From the NCBI RefSeq assembly GCF_014280175.1, contig NZ_CP047931.1, positions 60,001 to 92,000 of the forward strand: 32,000 nucleotides of DNA, given 5' to 3'. The DNA comes from Synechococcus sp. A15-28. GTDB lineage: Bacteria > Cyanobacteriota > Cyanobacteriia > PCC-6307 > Cyanobiaceae. This document shows, piece by piece, positions 10,293-22,066 of the stretch. Position numbers and translations under genes: made by a program. The notes beneath the pieces were generated by a model. That model did not search any database, was not told the origin of the DNA, and saw nothing but the letters and a program-made list of their open reading frames with translations. Each line of letters begins with the position of its first letter. Positions within the stretch are counted from its first letter, which is position 1.

Positions 10293-11258
10293 TTACCCCA
10301 GCAGGCCATCACGGAAGGCATCACCGGGCTGGGCCCCCCGTTTCAGCCGCGCTTCCACTTCTAAAAGTCGTCCCAGTAGGGAGAGGAAGCGCTGGGGTGG
10401 CCGGCCCTGCAGCTGTTTGCGCATCACATAGATCCGTTTGGGGTTGCCGATGCCGGCGGCCTTGGCGATCACCGCCACATCCCGCTCCCCCTGCTGCTCC
10501 ATCAGGCTCACCCAGAGCCAACCGCGGATCTGCCCGGTGAGGGTGGCCATGATGCGCAGGGCAGGCTCACCGGCGTCGATCAGGGCATCCCAGCGGGCGA
10601 TGGCGTCGCCGGGGTTGCCCTCCAGCAGGGCATCGCCCACGTGCAGGGCGTTGGTGGCCAGCCCCCCCACCAGATCGGCCACCAGTTCGGCGCTGATGGT
10701 TGACGACCGCAGCGACAGCTTGCGCAGTTCCGATTCCAGCCGGGCGCTGTCGGTGCCAATGGCGTCCACCAGGGCATCGATGGCGCCCGGTTCCAGGCGG
10801 AGGCCCAGGGCTTCGCCGGTGCGCTGTACCAGCTGACGCTGGCCGGCGCCGTCCCATACCGCTGGCAACGGAAAGCTCTGTTCCTGGTCCAGGCCGGCTT
10901 TGATCCGTTTCTGCAGGGCCTTGGTGGTGCGCAGGCGACCGTCGGGCTTGGAGGCATTCACCAGCACCAGATGGCTGCTGTCGGGGATCAACGTGAGCGC
11001 GGCTTCAAAGCGATCCGCCAGCTCGGTGGGGCAGCCGTTGCAGAAGGGACTGCGCTGCAGCAGCACCAACCGCTCCCCGGCGGCGAAGGGTGGTGTGCGG
11101 GCCTCATCGAGGGCCTGGGCCGCCTGACCGACTTCAGCGCCATCAAGGCGGCTGAGGTTGAGGCTTGCCCAGCTGGGGTCCACCACCGTCTCGATCAACC
11201 CGTTGACGGCCCGATCCCGCGCGGCGGCGTCATCACCCCAGATCAGATGGATCGGCAT
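10293..11258 (-). CDS. holA: DNA polymerase III subunit delta
   Basis: About 321 aa from the ATG at 11258 (MPIHLIWGDD...). N-terminal pattern, length and helical C-terminal domain are typical of HolA. The upstream 70 codons of the track ORF overlap divergent cobH and are rejected. The family has weak motifs, so the call is by overall resemblance. Confidence 0.7.
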   Translation of the reverse strand: MPIHLIWGDDAAARDRAVNGLIETVVDPSWASLNLSRLDGAEVGQAAQALDEARTPPFAAGERLVLLQRSPFCNGCPTELADRFEAALTLIPDSSHLVLVNASKPDGRLRTTKALQKRIKAGLDQEQSFPLPAVWDGAGQRQLVQRTGEALGLRLEPGAIDALVDAIGTDSARLESELRKLSLRSSTISAELVADLVGGLATNALHVGDALLEGNPGDAIARWDALIDAGEPALRIMATLTGQIRGWLWVSLMEQQGERDVAVIAKAAGIGNPKRIYVMRKQLQGRPPQRFLSLLGRLLEVEARLKRGAQPGDAFRDGLLG

Positions 11259-11264
11259 GGGTCG

Positions 11265-11894
11265 ATGATGGCGGCGATGGCCCAGGACCACCCGATCTTC
11301 TCCGAAAGCATCCGGCGGATCCGTGAGGCCCTTGGGCCGACGGATCTTGAGCCACTGCAACAGCAGGTGCTGGAGCGCCTGGTGCACAGCAGCGGCGACC
11401 TTGCGCTGGCGGCCTTGCTGCGGTTCAGTCCCGGCGCCTGCGACGCAGGCCTGACGGCCCTGCAGCAAGGAGCATCTATCCTGACGGACACGGCCATGGC
11501 CGCGGCGGCGGTGGCGCCGATGGCCCAGCGGACCCTTGGGTCATCCGTGCGCACGGTGCTCGAGTGGGCCCCGGATCAAGCGCCGCTGGGGTCGACGCGC
11601 ACAGCAGCGGGGATGGAACGGGCCTGGCGGGAGCTGACGGCCCGCCCGCCCGCTCCCTTGGTGTTGATCGGCAGTGCCCCCACGGCCCTGGAGGTGCTGC
11701 TGGAGCAGGTGGCCGCTGGTGCGCCAGCCCCCAGCCTGGTGATCGGGATGCCGGTGGGGTTTGTCGGGGTGGCTGAGAGCAAGCGCCATCTGGCCAAGAG
11801 CGGTCTGGACCAGATCTGTCTGGAGGGCAGCCGCGGCGGTGCGGGCCTGGTGGCCGCGGCGGTCAATGCCCTGTTGCGGGCGGCCGCAGGCTGA
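11265..11894 (+). CDS. cobH: precorrin-8X methylmutase (CobH/CbiC)
   Basis: CbiC/CobH-like blocks: HPIFSESIRRI, VHSSGD, ILTDTAM, IGSAPTAL, VIGMPVGFVG, GGAGLVAAAVNAL. Possible starts are at 11265, 11268 and 11277. The track start at 10971 lies inside holA and is rejected. Confidence 0.85.
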   Translation: MMAAMAQDHPIFSESIRRIREALGPTDLEPLQQQVLERLVHSSGDLALAALLRFSPGACDAGLTALQQGASILTDTAMAAAAVAPMAQRTLGSSVRTVLEWAPDQAPLGSTRTAAGMERAWRELTARPPAPLVLIGSAPTALEVLLEQVAAGAPAPSLVIGMPVGFVGVAESKRHLAKSGLDQICLEGSRGGAGLVAAAVNALLRAAAG

Positions 11895-12912
11895 GGCAGT
11901 CCCCCTGCCATTGCAGCCGCCAGCCGCCGGGGAGGTCGCAGCCGCTTCCGGCGGCCCCCACGGCCAGTCGTTCACTCAGCTCCTCCAGCAGGGCGGCGTT
12001 GAGTCCAGGAACCCCTTGGTGTTGCAGCCACACCGCGATCAACTGACGGCGGGTGGTGGGTTGCAAGGCTCCCAGCCGGCGCCGATCCAGACCAGTGCTG
12101 GTGCGCAGCGGCTCAAGCGCCAGCAGGCTGAGCTCTTGCTGAGTGTCCCGCAGCTGGGACGTCCGTTCCGCCAGTTCGGCCATCCGTTGACTGCAGCCCG
12201 GATGCAGTTGCTCCAGCACCGGCAGCACCTCGGCGCGGATGCGGTTGCGGGCAAAGGCCGCTGATTGGTTGCTGGGGTCCTCCCAGATCGGGATGGCCAG
12301 ATCCCTGCACACTGCGGCGGTGTCGGTCCGGCTGAAGCACAGCAGGGGCCTCCGCAGTTGCACAACCTCAGGGATGTCGTTGATCAGGGGCCGCACCGGG
12401 CGCAGGGCGCCGAGGCCGGCCAGGTCCGTGCCGCGGGCCAGCTGCAGCAGCAGCGTTTCCGCACGGTCGCTGGCGGTGTGCCCCGTCACCACATCGGCCC
12501 CCAGCTGCGCGGCATGGTGCTGCAGCTGGGAGTAGCGCCATTGGCGGGCACTGGCTTCGCTGGAAACGTCGCCCGCCGGTGCTTGGTCAACCTGAACGGG
12601 TAAGTCCCGCTGTTGGCACCAGCTCCGCAGTTCAGCCGCGATCACCCCTGAACCCGGATGCCAGCCGTGGTCGCCATGCCAGACCCTCAGCGGCCAGTGG
12701 TGCAGTCGCTGCAGCTCCTGCAGCAGCACCAGCAGGGCCATCGAGTCCTGGCCGCCGGACACCGCCAGCAGCAGCGGTCGGCCCTGGGGCAGCAGCTGGG
12801 GTTGCTGCAGCAGCCGCCGGTGCAGGCGGTCGTGCCAGGGGCTCCAGGCCAAAGCGAGTGGGCGTTGTTCCCCCACGGTGTGAGAATTAAGGGATCGCTG
12901 TCCAGTCCCCAT
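11863..12912 (-). CDS. tilS: tRNA(Ile)-lysidine synthase
   Basis: PP-loop ATPase motif LLAVSGGQDSMAL with TilS-like length and organisation. The 3' end overlaps convergent cobH by 32 nt. The start shares CATG with the divergent neighbour, so it is uncertain. Confidence 0.85.
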   Translation of the reverse strand: MGTGQRSLNSHTVGEQRPLALAWSPWHDRLHRRLLQQPQLLPQGRPLLLAVSGGQDSMALLVLLQELQRLHHWPLRVWHGDHGWHPGSGVIAAELRSWCQQRDLPVQVDQAPAGDVSSEASARQWRYSQLQHHAAQLGADVVTGHTASDRAETLLLQLARGTDLAGLGALRPVRPLINDIPEVVQLRRPLLCFSRTDTAAVCRDLAIPIWEDPSNQSAAFARNRIRAEVLPVLEQLHPGCSQRMAELAERTSQLRDTQQELSLLALEPLRTSTGLDRRRLGALQPTTRRQLIAVWLQHQGVPGLNAALLEELSERLAVGAAGSGCDLPGGWRLQWQGDCLSLRPPATGH

Positions 12913-13669
12913 GTCCCGTCTTCAGCAGCTGCCCACCGATTTGCAGCGCAGCCTTGAGCAGCGCTCCACCCTCAAGGTGATCGCTGGCCTGATGAATTTC
13001 GATGCCGCCAGCGTGGAACGCGTGGCCCGGGCCGCCGGTCATGGCGGGGCGGATCTGATCGATGTGGCCTGCGACGCTGAGCTGGTGCGTATGGCGATCG
13101 AGGCCTCTGGCGGTGTGCCGGTGTGTGTGTCCTCGGTGGAGCCGGAACAGTTCTCCGCCGCCGTGGCTGCCGGTGCGGTGATGGTGGAGATCGGCAACTT
13201 CGATGCCTTTTATCCCCAGGGCCGCATCTTCGGTGCTGAGGAGGTGCTGGCCCTCACCCGCCGCACCCGCGAGCTGCTGCCGGAGGTGGTGCTGAGCGTC
13301 ACCGTGCCCCACGTGCTGCCGATGGACCAGCAGGAACAGCTGGCGATCGATCTGGTGGCCGCCGGTGCTGACCTGATCCAGACCGAAGGCGGCACCAGCG
13401 CCAAGCCCTTCAGTGCCGGCAGCCTCGGCCTGATCGAGAAAGCGGCCCCCACCTTGGCGGCGGCCCACAGCATCAGCCGTGTGTCGGAGGCTCCGGTGCT
13501 CTGCGCCTCCGGTCTGTCGGCGGTCACCGTGCCGATGGCGATCGCCGCCGGTGCCGCTGGCGTTGGTGTGGGATCAGCCGTGAACCGCCTCAACGATGAG
13601 CTGGCGATGGTGGCGGTGGTGCGTGGCCTGCGGGATGCCCTTGGCAGCGCTGTCGAGGCTCGCGTCTGA
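12911..13669 (+). CDS. Ycf23-like / DUF561 TIM-barrel family protein
   Basis: LKVIAGLMNFD near the N-terminus and an alternating beta/alpha pattern resemble the cyanobacterial/plastid Ycf23 (DUF561) family, as I recall it. Confidence 0.6.
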   Translation: MSRLQQLPTDLQRSLEQRSTLKVIAGLMNFDAASVERVARAAGHGGADLIDVACDAELVRMAIEASGGVPVCVSSVEPEQFSAAVAAGAVMVEIGNFDAFYPQGRIFGAEEVLALTRRTRELLPEVVLSVTVPHVLPMDQQEQLAIDLVAAGADLIQTEGGTSAKPFSAGSLGLIEKAAPTLAAAHSISRVSEAPVLCASGLSAVTVPMAIAAGAAGVGVGSAVNRLNDELAMVAVVRGLRDALGSAVEARV

Positions 13670-13678
13670 GGCTTTGCC

Positions 13679-14410
13679 TCAGCTCCACTCCCATTCGATG
13701 CCGTAGCGGCTCCGGACGCCGGCAACGGTTTCTGCCAACTGTTGCCTGAGTTGGTGGCGTAGGGCTGGGTCGATTTGGTCACCCAGCCCGTCACCGGCAT
13801 TGGCGCGGAGCAACGTCCCAGGCCAATCGATGGGTTGAAGTGCGAGAAAACTTAGCAGCTGCTGCCAGACGAGCTCCGGGGTGGAGAACAGGTCTTCACT
13901 GCGCAGGATCAGCAGCTGCTCTCGAGGGAACAGGGCCTCGTAGCGGTCCAGCTGTTCGAGGTATCGGCTGCGGCTGAGGTAGCTGTGTTTCTGCAGGCTG
14001 ACGGGATCGCAGCTCTGCAGGCGTTCCGCTTCCGCAGCTAACGCATCGAACGGCTCCAAGGTTTCAAAGCCTCGTTTGCGGGCGTGAAACAGCTGGGAGA
14101 TGGTGCGTTCCACCGGGTCCCTCAGTAGCACCACCAAACGGGCCTTGGGGAGGAGGTTGTGGATGCGACCCGGCACATCGGGGTGGAATAGGTAGAAGGG
14201 TGTGATCTCTCCGCACGTCTGGTGGGGTTCAGCGTTCGTGAAATGGCCTCGGTACCAGCCTTCTCCTGCGTCGTGGTTCTGATCAAAGAAATGAACTTCC
14301 TTGCAGGCCGGTAGATAAACGTCGGGGTGCTGTTCCAGCAAGCGATGCAGTGTGGTGGTGCCGCCCTTTTGGGTGCCGAGACCGAGAAACTCAGGGAGGG
14401 GGGCTGCCAT
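13679..14410 (-). CDS. sulfotransferase family protein
   Basis: PAPS-binding 5'-PSB-like motif GTQKGGTTTL and 3'-PB-like VVLLRDPVERTISQ. The track ORF extends to 14515. The ATG at 14410 (MAAPLPEFLGLG...) is preferred because it leaves room for the divergent psbZ promoter; 14470 is also possible. Confidence 0.75.
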   Translation of the reverse strand: MAAPLPEFLGLGTQKGGTTTLHRLLEQHPDVYLPACKEVHFFDQNHDAGEGWYRGHFTNAEPHQTCGEITPFYLFHPDVPGRIHNLLPKARLVVLLRDPVERTISQLFHARKRGFETLEPFDALAAEAERLQSCDPVSLQKHSYLSRSRYLEQLDRYEALFPREQLLILRSEDLFSTPELVWQQLLSFLALQPIDWPGTLLRANAGDGLGDQIDPALRHQLRQQLAETVAGVRSRYGIEWEWS

Positions 14411-14544
14411 TCCGCTGGTGTGGCCGATTGGCGCCATTGTGCTGGGGGTGCCGGGGCTGAACGCCTTCATGGTGTGAAGAGTGGCTCGCAACGCCCCAAA
14501 GCCATCTGTCCACATGTGAAAATCAAGCCCTGAATTCCAGTTCC

Positions 14545-14733
14545 ATGCAGTTCATCAACACGCTGACCGTTTTGGCCCTGGTGGTGGCGTCCTTCGCTTT
14601 GATCGTTGCGGTGCCGGTGCTGTATGCCTCCAGTGAGGACAGCGGCCGCTCCAACCGTTTGATCCTGCTGGGCAGTGCTGTGTGGGTGGCGCTGGTGCTG
14701 CTGAACTGGGGTGTGAGCTTCTTCGTCGTCTGA
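14545..14733 (+). CDS. psbZ: photosystem II reaction centre protein Z
   Basis: 62 aa with two TM helices. Closely resembles cyanobacterial PsbZ/Ycf9 (AVPVLYAS...LILLGS..W..LVL...FFVV C-terminus). Confidence 0.9.
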   Translation: MQFINTLTVLALVVASFALIVAVPVLYASSEDSGRSNRLILLGSAVWVALVLLNWGVSFFVV

Positions 14734-14796
14734 GCTCTGTCTCAGATAGAACCTGACAGGTGCCACGATGGCTGAGATTCAGTCGGCACCTTCCCA

Positions 14797-15279
14797 ATGG
14801 CCACATTTGAAGGACGTTTCTCTGACGCAGCCGGATTGCGCGTCGGCATCGTCGTGGCCCGTTTCAATGATCTGGTCACCGCCAAGCTGCTGAGCGGCTG
14901 TCTCGACTGCCTCAAGCGCCACGGCGTGGATGTGTCGGAGACCAGCTCCCAGCTGGATGTGGCCTGGGTGCCGGGGTCGTTCGAACTCCCGATCGTGGCT
15001 CAGCAGATGGCTCGCTCAGGCCAGTACCAGGTACTGATCACCCTGGGCGCGGTGATCCGCGGCGACACGCCCCATTTCGATGTGGTTGTGGCGGAGGCCA
15101 GCAAGGGCGTTGCTGCGGTGGCGCGCGACACGTCCGTGCCGGTGATCTTCGGCGTGTTGACCACCGATACGATGCAGCAGGCGCTAGAGCGGGCGGGCAT
15201 CAAGAGCAACCTGGGGTGGAGCTACGGGCTGGAAGCCCTGGAGATGGGCAGCCTGATGCGGGCCTTGCCGTCGGCTTGA
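14797..15279 (+). CDS. ribH: 6,7-dimethyl-8-ribityllumazine synthase
   Basis: 160 aa with [18 protein letters not shown] and [14 protein letters not shown] motifs typical of RibH. Confidence 0.95.
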   Translation: MATFEGRFSDAAGLRVGIVVARFNDLVTAKLLSGCLDCLKRHGVDVSETSSQLDVAWVPGSFELPIVAQQMARSGQYQVLITLGAVIRGDTPHFDVVVAEASKGVAAVARDTSVPVIFGVLTTDTMQQALERAGIKSNLGWSYGLEALEMGSLMRALPSA

Positions 15280-15283
15280 GGCT

Positions 15284-18001
15284 TCACGCCGCCAACTGAT
15301 CGAGCACCTGACGGGCCCGTTGCACCACGGGTTTGGGAACGCCGGCCAGCCGTGCCGCTTCGATGCCGTAGCTGCGGCTGGCTCCTCCGGCCTGCACCTG
15401 GTGCAGGAACACCAGATCCTCGCCGGTTTCCTCCACCAGCACCTGGAAGTTGGCAACGTTGGTGCGTTCCGAGGCCAGGTTGTTGAGCTCGTGATAATGG
15501 GTGGCGAACACGGTGCGGCTGCCCAGATCACCCGCCAGGTGCTCGCTGACGGCCCAGGCGATGGAGAGGCCATCGAAGGTGGCTGTTCCCCGCCCGATTT
15601 CATCGAGCAGCACCAGGGACCGATCGCTGGCGTGGTGCAGGATGTTGGCGGTCTCCGCCATTTCCACCATGAAGGTGGATTGGCCGGCGGCCAGATCATC
15701 AACAGCCCCCACCCGGGTGAAGATCCGATCGGTGATGCCGACAGTGGCGGATCGGGCCGGCACCCAGCTACCGATTTGCGCCATCAACTGAATCAGGCCG
15801 ATCTGACGCAAATAGCAACTCTTACCACTGGCGTTGGGTCCGGTGAGCACCACCAGATCAGTGCCCTCTCCGAGATGGACGTCGTTGGGGGTGAAGGCGG
15901 TGTCCGCAAGCCGTTGCTCCACCACCGGATGGCGGCTGGCCTTGAGTTGCAGGACCCGGCTGTCGCTGATGGCGGGGGCGCAGTAACCGCCGATGGCGGC
16001 CACATCGGCCAGGCCGGTGAGGGCATCCAATGCAGCGATGGCACGGGCGGCCTGCCGGATCGGTGCTGCGTGGGTGCCCACCTGCTCGCGCAGCTGGCAG
16101 AAGAGCTCGTATTCCCGCTGGCAGGCGCGGGCCCGCAGTTGAAAGATTCGCCCTTCCCGTTCCTTGAGATCAGGGGTAATGAACCGTTCCTCATTGGCCA
16201 GGGTCTGGCGGCGGATCCAGTGGTCCGGCACGGCGGTGGCTTTGGCCTTGCTCACGGCCAGGAAGTAACCAAAGGTGCGGTGGTGTTGCAGCTTCAGGGT
16301 GCTGATGCCGCTGTGCTGACGCTCCTGCTGCTCCTGATGGCTGAGCCAGGCGTCCTGATCGTCCAGCTGGTTACGCAGTCCATCCAGCAGGGGGTCGACG
16401 CCGTCATGGATCAGGTCGCCCTCGGAGAGGGAAAGCGGTGGGGCCTCCACCAGCTTGTGGCGAATCGTTCGGGCCAGCTCCGCCAGGGCTGGATCGGGGC
16501 TGAGCAATTGCTGCAACCACTCTGCCCCTGTGCTGATCACAGATTCCAGCCGAGCGGTGAGTTGGGGCAATCGCTCCAGGCCATCGGCGATGGCCACCAG
16601 ATCACGGGCACCGGCATGGCCTGCGCCGGCTCGGCCGGCCAGCCGTTCGAGATCACCCATCGGCCGCAGCAGCTGACGGATCGCGAGCCGCAACTGGCGC
16701 TGGCTCACCAAAGTGCTCACCAGATCCTGGCGTTGTTGGATGGTGCTGCGGTCCATCAGGGGAGCTTCCAGCCAGCGGCGCAGGCAGCGACCACCCATGG
16801 CAGTCAGGGTGCGATCGAGGGCCCAGAGCAGGGACCCCTGCAAGCGGTTGTCGCGCTGGGTGGCTGTGAGTTCCAGGTTGCGGCGGGTCTGGGCATCGAG
16901 CACCAGGGCATCCCCGGGGTGCAGGATGGCTGGCACCTCGAGGGGAATGCTGCTCTCCGCTTCCAACGGTTGGGTGTCCTGGAGGTAATGCAGCAGCCCG
17001 CCGAGGGCCTGCAGGGCCAGAGGATGCTCCGGTAGGCCCAGGCCTTCAAGGCTGACGAGACCGTAGTGCTCTTGAAGGGTGCGCTGCGCTTCCGCTGGGC
17101 TGAAGGGTGTGCGGGCCATGGGGGTGAGCCGCAGTCGTTCGGGGCACCAAGCCGGGCGGATGGCGTCGTCATCACCTGGGATCCACAGCAGTTCGGAGGC
17201 CTCCTGCTGCGCCAGTTGTTGATGCAGGGCGCTGCTTTCCTGCCGTTGCATCACCTGCACTTCGCCGGTGCTCACATCGGCACTGGCCAGGCCCCAGCGC
17301 AGTGGTTGTTTTCCCTGGGCTGGCTCCACCACCACCGCCGCCAGCCAGTTGTTGCGGCGGGCGCTGAGCATGCCCTCCTCCAGCACGGTGCCGGGGGTCA
17401 GCACCCGAGTAATGTCCCGCTTGAGCAGGGCACCCTTGGTGGGGGTGGTTTCGAGTTGATCGCAAAGGGCCACGCTGTAGCCCTGCTTGATCAGTTCGGT
17501 GCAGTAGCGCTCAGCGGCATGGTGGGGGACGCCCGCCATCGGCACCCGTCCGATTGCTTTGCCGCCCTCCTTACCTGTGAGGGTGAGCTCCAGCACTCGG
17601 GAGAGTTCGATCGCGTCTTCGAAGAAGCACTCGAAGAAATCACCGAGCCGGTAGAGCAGCACCCGTTCGGGGTGGGCTGTTTTGAGCTCCACGTAATGGC
17701 GCAGCATCGGGGTGAGTTGCTGCAGATCCACCTGGCTGTGGTGGGCCCAGGCTGGTTCGTCGCTGCTGGGTTCTGAATCGTTTGCAGACAGGGCTTCGCT
17801 GCTGCCCTCGCTTGATGTGGTCTGCCGCGTCCGGGGCCGGGCGGCGGCATCAGCGCCGAGTTCGTCGTCGCTGAGATCGTGGCTTGTTTCGGCAGGCTCG
17901 CGGCTGGCTGACGCCGCTGCGGTTGGTTCTGATGTACCGAACAGATTTCCCTGCAGTGCGTTGTCCTGGGGTTGGGAAGTGGACCGCGGCATCGGAAACA
18001 C
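15284..18001 (-). CDS. mutS: DNA mismatch repair protein MutS, with ~95-aa low-complexity N-terminal extension
   Basis: [11 protein letters not shown] mismatch-binding N-terminal motif at residues ~97-107, Walker [16 protein letters not shown], and full-length MutS organisation. Confidence 0.95.
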   Translation of the reverse strand: MFPMPRSTSQPQDNALQGNLFGTSEPTAAASASREPAETSHDLSDDELGADAAARPRTRQTTSSEGSSEALSANDSEPSSDEPAWAHHSQVDLQQLTPMLRHYVELKTAHPERVLLYRLGDFFECFFEDAIELSRVLELTLTGKEGGKAIGRVPMAGVPHHAAERYCTELIKQGYSVALCDQLETTPTKGALLKRDITRVLTPGTVLEEGMLSARRNNWLAAVVVEPAQGKQPLRWGLASADVSTGEVQVMQRQESSALHQQLAQQEASELLWIPGDDDAIRPAWCPERLRLTPMARTPFSPAEAQRTLQEHYGLVSLEGLGLPEHPLALQALGGLLHYLQDTQPLEAESSIPLEVPAILHPGDALVLDAQTRRNLELTATQRDNRLQGSLLWALDRTLTAMGGRCLRRWLEAPLMDRSTIQQRQDLVSTLVSQRQLRLAIRQLLRPMGDLERLAGRAGAGHAGARDLVAIADGLERLPQLTARLESVISTGAEWLQQLLSPDPALAELARTIRHKLVEAPPLSLSEGDLIHDGVDPLLDGLRNQLDDQDAWLSHQEQQERQHSGISTLKLQHHRTFGYFLAVSKAKATAVPDHWIRRQTLANEERFITPDLKEREGRIFQLRARACQREYELFCQLREQVGTHAAPIRQAARAIAALDALTGLADVAAIGGYCAPAISDSRVLQLKASRHPVVEQRLADTAFTPNDVHLGEGTDLVVLTGPNASGKSCYLRQIGLIQLMAQIGSWVPARSATVGITDRIFTRVGAVDDLAAGQSTFMVEMAETANILHHASDRSLVLLDEIGRGTATFDGLSIAWAVSEHLAGDLGSRTVFATHYHELNNLASERTNVANFQVLVEETGEDLVFLHQVQAGGASRSYGIEAARLAGVPKPVVQRARQVLDQLAA

Positions 18002-18045
18002 ACTCGAAACCGGATCGTACCGAGCTTGTCCGGGGGAGGACGGCG

Positions 18046-18525
18046 TCAGCGGCGCAGCACCATCAGCTGCTGGGGCGAGGCGTCCTGGAAGCCCAGTTGG
18101 CGGTAAAAACTGGCACTGTTGGTGGTCATCAGATACACCCGTTCCACGCCAACCACCGGCGGGGCATGGAGCAGTTCATCGATTACGCGGCGGCCGAGGC
18201 CATGGCCCTGCAGATCACCGGCCACGACGATGTCCCAGAGCACGGCTCGGCTGAAGCCATCGGAGGTGGCACGGCCGAACCCCACCAGCCGCTTGCCGCG
18301 CCAGAGGCTCACCACGGCATCGCTGCCGGCCAGCAACCGCCGCAGCTGTCCGAAGCTGCGGCCGCGCGCCCAGAAGGCATGGCGATCGAACAGCCGTTGC
18401 AGCTTGAGTAGGGCCCGGCTGGGGTGCAGATCCGGCCCGAGGCCCAGCCAACGCAGGCCGGGGGCACCGGGGGCGTGGTGAACCAGCCGGATCGGGGTCA
18501 CGGGTTGGAGGCCGCAGCACTTCAT
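18046..18525 (-). CDS. GNAT family N-acetyltransferase
   Basis: Acetyl-CoA-binding motif-A-like [20 protein letters not shown]. The ATG at 18525 is preferred over the track start at 18573, which would overlap the uvrB start. Confidence 0.75.
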   Translation of the reverse strand: MKCCGLQPVTPIRLVHHAPGAPGLRWLGLGPDLHPSRALLKLQRLFDRHAFWARGRSFGQLRRLLAGSDAVVSLWRGKRLVGFGRATSDGFSRAVLWDIVVAGDLQGHGLGRRVIDELLHAPPVVGVERVYLMTTNSASFYRQLGFQDASPQQLMVLRR

Positions 18526-18571
18526 CTTGCTCCCCGGCGATAATTGACGGCCGCTGTCTGGCCCCGCACCC

Positions 18572-20611
<2,040 letters not shown>

Positions 20612-20615
20612 GCTG

Positions 20616-21455
20616 ATGCATCTGTTACTGGCGCTGGACCGGGGTTTTGAAGCGCTCGGCTCCGTTGCACTTACCTCTTACCTATTGCACCATCGGTTTG
20701 AGTCGGTCGTGTTGGTCACACCGCAGGACCAGCGGCTGGTGCTGCTCGAGGCGGTTGCTGCAGGATTCGGCGTTCCATTGGTGTGGCAACCGATTGGCAC
20801 TGAGGCTGCTTTGCACGGGCTCGAGCCGGCCCTGCAGCCCTACTTTTTTTGCATTGAAGCGCTGCAGCAGCATCCTGGGCGCTATCTCTACGTGGACGCT
20901 GACACCCTTTGCGTGAGCGAGCTTTCGGCCTTGGAGGATCTGCCGTTGGATGCGTCGCATCCTTTGGCAGCCTGTTCCCATGGCCGGCCCATGCCCGACC
21001 GATCTCTGGTGCTTGGCTTGGAATCCCCTTTTCACTATTTCAATGCAGGGGTCATGCTCTTCGATGCTTCCGCTTTGGCCTGCAAGATCACACCTGCTGC
21101 TGTGGTGGATTACTACTTCAAGCACCGGGCGCTATGCCGTTTCAGGGAGCAGTGCTGTTTGAATGGTGTGCTGCGCGGCCAGGTTCAATACCTGCCGGGC
21201 CAATACAACCTGCTCAGCTGGATGCGTGAGCGTCAAGCCGAGGGTCGCTGGCACGATGTCGCTGCCAATCCAATGGCCTATTGCTTGCCGGATGTTCGGG
21301 AGCGGATGGCGATCGTGCACCTTTCTGCTGGCGCTCTCCCGACGCGGGTGGAGCCGACCCGCCATGAACGCGTGGATCGCTATTGGCTCTATCTGGAACA
21401 GGAGCTGCAACAGGGTCAGGCGCTGGCTCAGCTTTTGCGTTTTGCCGACTGGTGA
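20616..21455 (+). CDS. glycosyltransferase family 8-like protein
   Basis: GT8-like blocks: YLYVDADTLC (DxD), YFNAGVMLFD, CLNGVL...YLPGQYN, IVHLSAG. Confidence 0.65.
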   Translation: MHLLLALDRGFEALGSVALTSYLLHHRFESVVLVTPQDQRLVLLEAVAAGFGVPLVWQPIGTEAALHGLEPALQPYFFCIEALQQHPGRYLYVDADTLCVSELSALEDLPLDASHPLAACSHGRPMPDRSLVLGLESPFHYFNAGVMLFDASALACKITPAAVVDYYFKHRALCRFREQCCLNGVLRGQVQYLPGQYNLLSWMRERQAEGRWHDVAANPMAYCLPDVRERMAIVHLSAGALPTRVEPTRHERVDRYWLYLEQELQQGQALAQLLRFADW

Positions 21456-22066
21456 TGGTGGGGGAAGCACCGCTGGGTGATTGAAAAGTGAGGGCTGAGG
21501 AAGCGGTTCAATTTCTTCACTGGTGTGGCTTGGATGTGGAACACCAGCAGTTGCTTGGTTGCTACGCCTTGGAAGTAGCTCAACACCTCGGAATGATGCT
21601 CGTACCAATCGCTGAGCCAGCGGCGCTTGAGTTGGCGTTTGCTGTAAGTGCCTTTGTCTTTTAAGGCGCGCCGGTAGGCCGCGGCGAATTGGCCCTTGTC
21701 ATGTTGCAGGCGGGAGCGCAGCCAATCGAAGGGATCCCGGGTGTTGAGGATAAACAGCGCGTCTGGGTAATCCCGGTGAAGTTCACGGAAGTAGCGGCAG
21801 CCCTCGATCAGCGGGGCGTGATCGCTGTTGCTGCGCCCCCAGGGGGAGCCGGGGATGCAGTTCATATCGGTGTAGGCGGTCCAGAGATCGATGCCTTTTA
21901 GCAGTGGTCGGCCTTCAGCTCGGTTGCGGTGTAGGGCAAGGGCCAGGGTGTTGGCCCGCCAGTGCACCGAAGCGATGCCGTTGGCCGTGAAGTAGTCGTG
22001 AAAGGAGGTGGTGCCGCACTTGTTGAAGCCGATCAGAAAGATGCGGGGTTGCTTGGTGGTGCTCAT
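21428..22066 (-). CDS. sulfotransferase family protein
   Basis: 5'-PSB-like FLIGFNKCGTTSF and 3'-PB-like ILNTRDPFDWLRS. The start overlaps the GT2 stop (ATGA on the minus strand at 22063-22066). The 3' end overlaps convergent GT8 by 28 nt. Confidence 0.7.
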   Translation of the reverse strand: MSTTKQPRIFLIGFNKCGTTSFHDYFTANGIASVHWRANTLALALHRNRAEGRPLLKGIDLWTAYTDMNCIPGSPWGRSNSDHAPLIEGCRYFRELHRDYPDALFILNTRDPFDWLRSRLQHDKGQFAAAYRRALKDKGTYSKRQLKRRWLSDWYEHHSEVLSYFQGVATKQLLVFHIQATPVKKLNRFLSPHFSITQRCFPHHHQSAKRKS

